The translations under genes and the position numbers were made by a program. The notes under the pieces were generated by a model. The model saw nothing but the letters and a program-made list of their open reading frames with translations, made no database searches and was not told the origin of the DNA. A stretch of DNA of 44,128 nt from Hydrurus foetidus (taxonomy: Eukaryota), in the NCBI GenBank assembly GCA_900617105.1, contig UYFQ01000102.1:1-44128 (forward strand), written 5' to 3'. Positions 35,839 through 44,128 of this stretch are shown piece by piece (the first letter of the stretch is position 1; the number at the start of each line of letters is the position of its first letter).

Positions 35839-38800
35839 TGAAGCCTGAAGACTTCAAAGATAAGTTACCCGATTCCCCGTCCACAATGATGCGAACAAGA
35901 TCTGGCGCCGGTGGCGATTCACCTGATGCCGAAGATGACTTCAGCGAGGAAATCACCGACGACGGCCCTCCTCCGCCGCATAATGATATGTCCGACATGG
36001 ATCCTGCTTTGGAAGAGCAGGTGCTTGAGACCAACGTTGACGTTGTGTTTGATAGCTCTGCCTTCCAGGCAGCTGTAGATAGGGAAGTTGCCCGAGTTCT
36101 TAGGCAGAGAGAGAATGATGCGAAGGTTGATGCCCCTTATGGGACAGTCGACATTGCTCTACGGGCGGATCTGCCGTTGCGCGATCAGCCCCACTCTCGA
36201 ACCCTATTACCTCGGGCGAATCCACCCATTGTGAGAATGTCCAGCGCGTATGTGTCCGAGAATGTTGAACAAAGTAGTATAAGAAAAATCAATCCAATGA
36301 ATAATGAGGGGGGAAACTCTGGCAAAAATTTTTCCAACCCTATGAATATTGATCGATTCAGCTATTCCAACAACAATATTTCTCAACAACGACGCGATTC
36401 TGATGCGTGGAACCAAAATTATAGTCGGCGCGAAAGTCCTAGTTGGAATAATAACAATAGTTCTCAACAACAACGCAGTCCGAATAATAACAACACATCT
36501 AATAGATCCCAGCAAGAACGTGCGGAAAATATTAGACAGTCCTCTTCTCCTCCCAATATTCATGAGTATGAATCTGAGGAAAGCTACAATAGAAGAACGC
36601 CAAAACTTCGGCATAGATTAGTCCCTCAGACTACATATATCAAAGTTGCGCAAGTATTCATAAGTGAATGCGAAAAGAATAAGATAGATATGCATACCCC
36701 CGACAAATTTCGTCGATTACGGGGATTACATGCAACATTAGCCAATGCTGATTTACTTACCCTCTTGACCGGACACCGTCCGCAACCTGTCATAGATCTT
36801 GAAGTAAATAAGTACGGTTACTCAGAAAGCCGTGTAATTAACATACCTGTTCTTTCCAAACCGATGAGGATTCTTCATCTGTCTTCTCTACGAATAACAC
36901 AACTCATTTCGAGGACGTTATGTTGAAAGAAGACGATGCCTTTAAGTTTAAATATGATAATGAGAGATTGTATTCATTGGTATTCGCCATGTTTCATCAA
37001 AATCTTCACCATCATGTCACAATCCAAAGCGAATCCACCCGCAATGGGATTAATGCATATCATGATATTCATCAATTTGTGTTCGGTCAGAAGCAAATCG
37101 ATATTAAGTTCGCCAAACGCGCTCTTGAAAATCATAAAGTAAATATACATTCCCCAATGCGGACAGAATATTCTCGATGGGAAACTGCGTTCTCTAACCT
37201 CGAGCATGCCCAAATGCGGCGCCTAACTGAAGTTGAAAAAATATCTTGGCTCTCAGATCAATTCAAAGATGATCCCAGATCCCAAATACAATCCTGCTTC
37301 GTTTCAAGTGCGTCCAGTAATGAATCTTATAGTCTGATTATAGAGAAACTTCTCCGTACATACGATCTCATATCCGAAAATACCACATCTCGTGTTGCAA
37401 GTTTCGATACCTCAAATATGACTTCCAGTAGTACCGAGCCTCATATCCTATATCAAAATACTCTTTCAAACTCTGGTGCTCCTCCTCCAAATCCTCCTCT
37501 TCAAAACAAGTACAAACCTAATAACAATTATGACCCCAATAAGTCAGCCAGTCAAAAGAATGCCAAGACTCAACCACCAAAAGTTGATAGTCGTAATAGT
37601 GACAAAAAGAGACTAGCTGCCGGAGGATTTTGTTATGAAATTATGCCAAAAGACTTTCGACCTCCTACACCTCCTCGTCGTGATAATTATCCGGTATCCT
37701 CGGCCAAAACCCAACCGGCTAATCCCATATATCCTAACCCAAGTTTCAAGCTAACTCAAATTCAACTTGATTCTGTGGGACCTATGTCTGGCAATGCTCA
37801 TGGCAGATATGCTGGCGGATATTCTCAAAATCAAATTAAGAAATTAAAGACCTTGGAAGAGGTACTAAACCAAGCCACTACACCCACTGAGCATCGTGTT
37901 CAAGCGTTCTCCAGTTGGGGCAATCCATCTCAGCCTGCATATACAACGCATGGTGAGAAAGCTAATACACTAATGAGAATTCGAATCGACCCGAATAATC
38001 AGCGTATATTAAAGACGCAACGGTTAGATAATTCTTGTCATAATAAAGATTATTCAAATAAGATTACAGAGAATGATTTAAAAACAATCAGAGATGTTTA
38101 CTTCAAAATGTAAATAATGAATACTCCGCATGCACCATCCCTCTTCGCGCTATTATTGCGTCGATACTTCTAGCCGAACAATATTACGTCTTTCACAGAC
38201 ATGTTCCGCACTATAATAGAACTGATCCTTCGGTATCTATTACACCATTCCATTTCTTGTGGAAACGTACACGTACTATCAAAGATAATCAAGAACGAGA
38301 TAATCAATATACTGATATCTTTCAATGGCATTCGAATCCTATGGCGCGTAAACGTAAAGACATACGTGATCGTACAGTCCCATGGATGCATCTGATGTAT
38401 TGTATTGCATCTACATTAATGCAATCAATAGTCATCCTTCCTTCTGCTGAAAAAGTGGCCTCATCACGGCACTTCATGACATTCAACCCTTATGCTGCCA
38501 GCAGAGAGTACTATCTCACTTCACTTCGCATCGGACATTTCTGGTCCCAGATGACTACTGTGAGTGAATATGTTGAACTCATTCGACGACTCGAGCAGAG
38601 TGCTCATCACAACACTGTTAATCATAACATGTTGTTCGTTGACACAGTAATACATGCTGTTATCCTTGACTTCATGGCATTTGCCGGTCAACATTTAGGA
38701 TACTATCATGATCAGTCTACACCACGTAAGGAAGATTTCCTTCGTCGTTTTCTCTTAAATGATATTGAAGCTCAAACAGAACCTTCATTCTGTTATAATG

Positions 38801-41800
38801 GAATCAAAGCAACCTTTCTTCTCATTGCCCGATTAATTAAGCCTATAAAAGATCCCATCAAACGAGCTCTCTCCTCCGCTCTCACAAAAAAGGTTGATGA
38901 ATGCCTATCCGTCCAAGAACGACCGATAGATGGAACTAGCTTTCGTCCTCGAAATGAACCTCTAATTAGAGTCATTTACTCGCGAGCAGATTCTCCAAGT
39001 TTAGCAAACGAACCATCAGATCAAATGCGTCACGGGTCCCACTCAAGTCCACGTGGTTTACAACACTACGATGATGATGATAATCTTAGGCATGATGATA
39101 CAAGTAGTGGTAGTGACAGCGGTCCTGAAAGTGAGCCTAGTCCTGTTCTCTCCCCTTCACAACGTGTATACATCCCTAGCCCCATTCCTCCACCATCTCG
39201 TCCAGTATATCGACCTGATCCAGTATATGAGTCTCCTGCTCTTATTGGCGAACGTCGTATCATCGACTATGATGCATATTGTCAAACGTTAACACGACTT
39301 CGGAGTGATAACGACCTCAACGATTACTTCCACAGTGACGTTGAATCTGTTGAGTTAAGTGACGATGAACAAGAAGTAATGAATAAATGGTCCAAAAATA
39401 TAAGTGATGATGACGAAAATAATCCAGAAACTCCTCAAGAACGTAATCAAAGGTATCGAAATATGTTAATAGAAACAATGTCAAAATATACAAAAAGGAA
39501 ATATGATACAGTAAATAGTGCAAGAAAAGAGTCAGTCGACCAAACACAACAAGACACATCTATTAATTCTGATGAACAGAACAATGAAAAAGTGTCCAAA
39601 ATGAATGATACTCCACACTCCTCTCCTACACAAATCCGTCTTATCTCTACTCCTACTACCTATATTCCTGATATTCCTTCTTTAGTTAATACCTCCCCCT
39701 ACAAGTCCACAGATCCATTTGAAGTCATGTATTACCAAGATCCCAGATCTTTCCTCTGGAACATTGAACCTTACCCAGTAACCTATTATTCACTCAAAGG
39801 ATATCGTGATGGTCCTCGTGACGTTTTTACCAACAATTTGATTGACATGGCCTTAGATCGTCACTATCCCGACAGCAACCTAGCTGACGATATGTATAAT
39901 GCTGTCACAGCTACAGAAGAAAGTAATGCTGCAGAAAGACACCGATTTGAAGATTATGACACTGATTCAACAGTTGATGATCCCAATGACCCACCTGTAG
40001 AAGCTCATGATGCAATTCAAGTTGACAATTTTCTTAATGAAGCTCAACAGCAAATCAACTTTGAAAACGAAATTCATAATGAAATTAATAATGATAATGA
40101 ATTTGAAAATATAGTACTACCCATTATTGAAGAAATTCCTCCACCAGAAGTAGTACATGTCCCTCCAGATTTATATCATATAATTACTCCTGAAACTCCT
40201 GATACGACTTTGTTCGATTATTATTATAATCTGAACGTCCTTCGTACCAATTCTCATCTTAAAGTTATAAAACAAACACCTCATCAAATTATTTTTGATT
40301 CTGGTGCTTCTACCTGTGCTACGTCTGATGCTTCGCTAATTGATAATATAGTTTATGGTAATGGTGTCAAAGCTACTCCAGCTTTTGGTCCACCAGTTAC
40401 TTCCCAAGCATCCGGCAAATATGGCCCCCTTGGTTTAGACATTATACTAATGCCAGGAATGAAAGAAACTCTAATATCAATATCCGAATTATGTCATGGT
40501 GGTATATCCGGTGAGCCTAATGGTGTCTTCATTACATCGGAAGGTCTACGTTGTTTTACAATAGCAAGCGTACGTCACCCTATGCAACTCATGCATGATC
40601 ACGGAAAGGAAATAGTTCGTGGATTCTTATCCAATGGTGTCTATGTATATAAGGGTCCTGATGATAATTACAATAATGGACCAGTCAATAATACAGTCCA
40701 AGTTCCTATTATAAATCCGACATCTCAAATGCCTATCTCCAATCAAACTCTCCCTCTTAATAAGTCTATTCATAAGACGACTACAATACCATTACAATTA
40801 TACCTGACTCAGTTTAAACCTGTTTCATTGTATGATCATGTACATATGGTAACCGGACATCCCGGTAATGCAGGCATGGCCTGGCATCTCAAAAATTCCA
40901 CGGGAGCAAAATACTCCGAGGAAGATGCGTCCAAACAACGGGGTGCATGCAAAGGTTGTGTATACGGTACGATGCATCAAACACCTACCGATCACAGACG
41001 AGAGCATCGCGATCTTCCTAATAAACCTGGACAATGTTTCACACTCGATGCCTATTCTCATACTTCATATTCCACACGTGGATACAAGTATTGTGATATA
41101 TACACTGATATAGCTACACGTCGTAGTTATCCAGTATTCACCAAAGATAGATCAGCACATGAATTATGTGAACAAAGCAATAAATTATTCTGCCAACACC
41201 CAGAATGGCAATATGTTCATGATACTGACACTCGTCGGTTCATTCGAGTAGACCCTGAACGCAACTATAAATCGTTCGAGTTCCTCGCATTCGCCTCCTC
41301 CAAGGGTTACAGCCTCGAACGTACACCGGCACGTGACAAACATGCTGGCGGTATTGCTGAGCGCGCAGTTGGCCACATTGTTGCCAAAACTAACGTCGCA
41401 ATGTTGAGCCCTGATATTCCTGTACCACAATCATTCTGGGATTTAGCTATGAAGTATGCATGTGACACAGCATCATACAATTTCAGTACTGTCATAGGAA
41501 CTTCACCATACATGAAAATAACAGGCCAACCAATAAATATCAAATATTTGCAACCGTTTTGGGCATCATGTTATGTGTTTATACCACTAGCAGACAGAGT
41601 TAAGTTGGGTAGTCGCCGAGCATATAAAGCTCGATTTGTCGGTTATTCCAACACATTTCTCTTGTTTCCCAATTACTTTGTACTACCATATTCAAATGGT
41701 CAGTACGGTAAAGTACGTGAAAGTAAAGATGTCATCTTTGATCCATCCATAGACTTTAAGATCTATGTTGATGACGAAGAGCCTTATGACCGTGAATTTG

Positions 41801-43226
41801 TTAATACAGATCACTATGTCCCTTTCCTACATCGACCAGCTGCTCCTCTCGAATTACAAGGAGAATTAGCTGAACCCCATGTTGAGATAGTCGAAGATAC
41901 TTTTGAACCTGATTTTCCTGAACGGTCTCAAGTCCTCGCTCCTCCATGTGAAAAAGAACAACATACACCAATACCATCTGAAGATGTCAATAACGAAAAT
42001 ATTAATATTGTAAACATGCCATACACTGATGATCAAAATGAACCAGTCTATTGGTATAGTCTTCAAGTAAAGAATGATGAATATGCAAAAGTAATGTGTG
42101 AATCACAGCATTATTCAAAATTAGGTGTACCAGTTGATCCTAGAATTCCTAAATCTTTTAAACAAGCTATTCAAATTCCAGCGTGGAAAATAGCCATTGA
42201 TAAAGAATGTGAGAAATTCGCCAAAAATGATTGCTTTATTGTTGTTCCTTTTAATGGTCAACAATTAGTATCAATGTTATGGCTTTTTAGTATTAAAACT
42301 GATGGTACTTTTAAAGCTAGACTTGTTGGCCGTGGTGATCTAATGCAACCTTGGGTTCATTTCCATCCAGACCAAGTATATTGTGGAAATGTTTGTGCTT
42401 GTTCTATTAAGATTTGCCTTGCTATCGCTGCAAAATATAAACTCACAATGCGGGGTGGCGATTTAGAAGGTGCTTACTTAGTAACACGTGCAAATAAAGA
42501 TTACCCAATATTTATAAGAACTCCTGAAGGATATAAAATACCTTTCGGAATGTGCATACAATCCATTGGCAATTTATACGGAACTCCAACAGCCGGTCAA
42601 AATTTTAGTATAGAATTTGACAAATGTGTAATGGAGTGTGGATATCAAAATACACCATGGGATTTGAAATTATTTTACAAATGGATCGATGACAGAATAC
42701 TATTGTTAATGGCTCATAGTGATGATTTCCGATGGTTTGGTGATTTAAAAGATATTGCAGAATGGGATTTACTGCTCAAAAGTTTTAATAACCATAAATA
42801 CAAAGTAACTGACTGCACTGACAAAGAATTTGTAGGCATTCGTATTACTTGCGATGAAAACTTTAATTATTTCATTGATCAAACAAGAATGGTAGAAGAC
42901 ATTATCGATGGAATTGGAATGAAAAACGCTAAAGACGAAACATTGCCATACCCATTAGATAAACTCAGCTTATCAAAATTAGATAATGCAACTCCAGCAC
43001 AATTATCTGAATGCAGTAAATTTCCTTACCGACGAATCGTGGGTCAATTAATGTACGGTGTAGTACATACTTTGGTTGCCATAATGTACGCACTCAATGT
43101 ATTATCCCGCTATGGTAATAACCCAGGTCCTCGTCATATTGAATTTGCTAAACATATACTTAGATATGTTAAATATTCGAAAAATGATCGATTAATGTTT
43201 AAAACTCATGATGGACCACGAGACAT
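35838..43226 (+). CDS. gag-pol: Copia Gag-Pol polyprotein (>2400 codons) with two single-base frameshifts, truncated by insertion
   Basis: Three track ORFs join through -1 shifts near 36860 and 38107. Protease FDSGAS (40297); HMVTGH..CKGC; integrase FTLDAY, IRVD, GIAER; RT FKARLVGRG, DLEGAYL, LYG, HSDD; PYRRIVGQLMY. Confidence 0.9.
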
Positions 43227-44128
43227 TGTGGCTCCCTCAGGGTCTGCTACCCCATTCAGCCGATTAGATGCTGTTTCCACCTTAGTACCTTCGTGTTCAC
43301 AGCCACGACTATCAGTCACTAGCTAGTTTGTGCTGCTTTGCAGAAGTTACTAGCGTACCTTCTGTTGCATCCCTAACTAATTAGCTCCTTTTAGCCTTTA
43401 GACTTCCCTTCTCTGTCGGAATTATTTTTGCCTTCCAAGGTCACAGTAGATCTACTTCCTTTAGTTTCTCTTCTTTAGACCCTATCCTCCTACTCTAAGC
43501 TACCATCCTCTATACTACCCTGCTGCCCTAACTCACCCGATTACCTGCGTGGAGAATCTCGAATTTTATTCGACATTCTCGTTTGCGAGCAATTCTTACT
43601 ATCGCGAGCAAGTCTCCGGAGTCTGGTCGCCGTAAACTTAGTCACTCGGTTTCTCCCGATACTTGACTATTTTGTGGTTGCTTGGGTTTCATCTCAGCAA
43701 TCCCATACAATTACCTTAGCGGAGAATCTCGAATTTTGTCGAGCATTCTCGTTTGCGGCTCAATTCTTACTATATCGCGAGCAAATCTCGAAGTCTGGTT
43801 GCCGTAAACTCAGTCACTCGGGTTGAGACTTCTCTCCCGATACTTGACTGCCTTGTGGTTTCTTGAGTTTCATCTCAACAAACCCAAATTTTTGTGCAGA
43901 GTTAACTCCGTTAACTTCTGCCCATCTCTCGCCGCAAGCTTTGTTTGGCTGACGTCCGTGGATATCTTGGTCTTCCACGCCGTTCTCGTTATTGGTCGAG
44001 CAAGCCTCCCAATCCCGACTTATTTTGTACGGATTGATTCACTCATCCGTCAGAACCTGCTTGACTTATTCTGCTTCGCATAACTGCCTGTTTGATTTTC
44101 ATCCAAACGGCACAGGCAAAGCTCTTTA
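43227..44128 (+). mobile_element. 5' end of LTR element C (LTR ~43227-43445 plus leader) inserted in the Copia pol
   Basis: Copia coding homology stops abruptly at TGTGGCTCC. Candidate end GGTCACA. It has a pyrimidine-rich 3' part like LTRs A and B and shares AGAAGTTA(A)CTAGC with LTR B. No coding region or second LTR in the window. Confidence 0.65.
43540..43885 (+). repeat. Two diverged ~170-bp direct repeats with hairpins in the leader of element C
   Basis: ATTACCT..GGAGAATCTCGAATTTT..CATTCTCGTTTGCG..GCCGTAAACT.AGTCACTCGG..TTTCATCTCA starts at 43540 and at 43710. Confidence 0.9.

Larger units (their letters stand above)
35312..43226 (+). mobile_element. Ty1/Copia LTR retrotransposon (5' LTR through RT), interrupted before RNase H by element C
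   Basis: LTR TGTCAG...CTGACA (35312-35828); PBS TGGTAGCGAT at 35829; domain order PR-IN-RT. Confidence 0.93.

Noticed and set aside
43227..43326. C-terminal 33 aa of the 1689-aa ORF as genuine Copia sequence
   Set aside because: It is read-through into the inserted LTR. The expected RNase H start is missing.

Overview
Eukaryotic nuclear DNA with GT-AG introns and CTAAC branch points. The gene content resembles a protist such as a stramenopile, but that is inference. Left to right: (1) the end of a probable hAT-like DNA transposon, with a minus-strand ORF running off the window. (2) One intact 12-exon host gene (1703-7896, 1452 aa by my exon count) for a secreted Hedgehog-type Hint (Hog) autoprocessing protein. 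Its Cys-rich ectodomain is built from five near-identical 944-bp exon+intron units. (3) A decayed, intron-containing Helitron2/Helentron-type Rep-PIF1 gene, then a ~2.05-kb tandem array carrying 44-bp palindromes, and two probable passenger genes. (4) A stack of nested LTR retrotransposons: chromovirus-type Gypsy B; a young full-length chromovirus A inserted in B's 3' UTR; a second A fragment fused in frame to B; an unusually long Copia; and an LTR element C inserted in the Copia. The most striking observation is that elements A and C lack a tRNA primer-binding site. Each instead has a different perfect 12-nt palindrome starting at the last base of the 5' LTR, which suggests tRNA-independent priming. 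All coordinates were counted by eye and no database searches were run.
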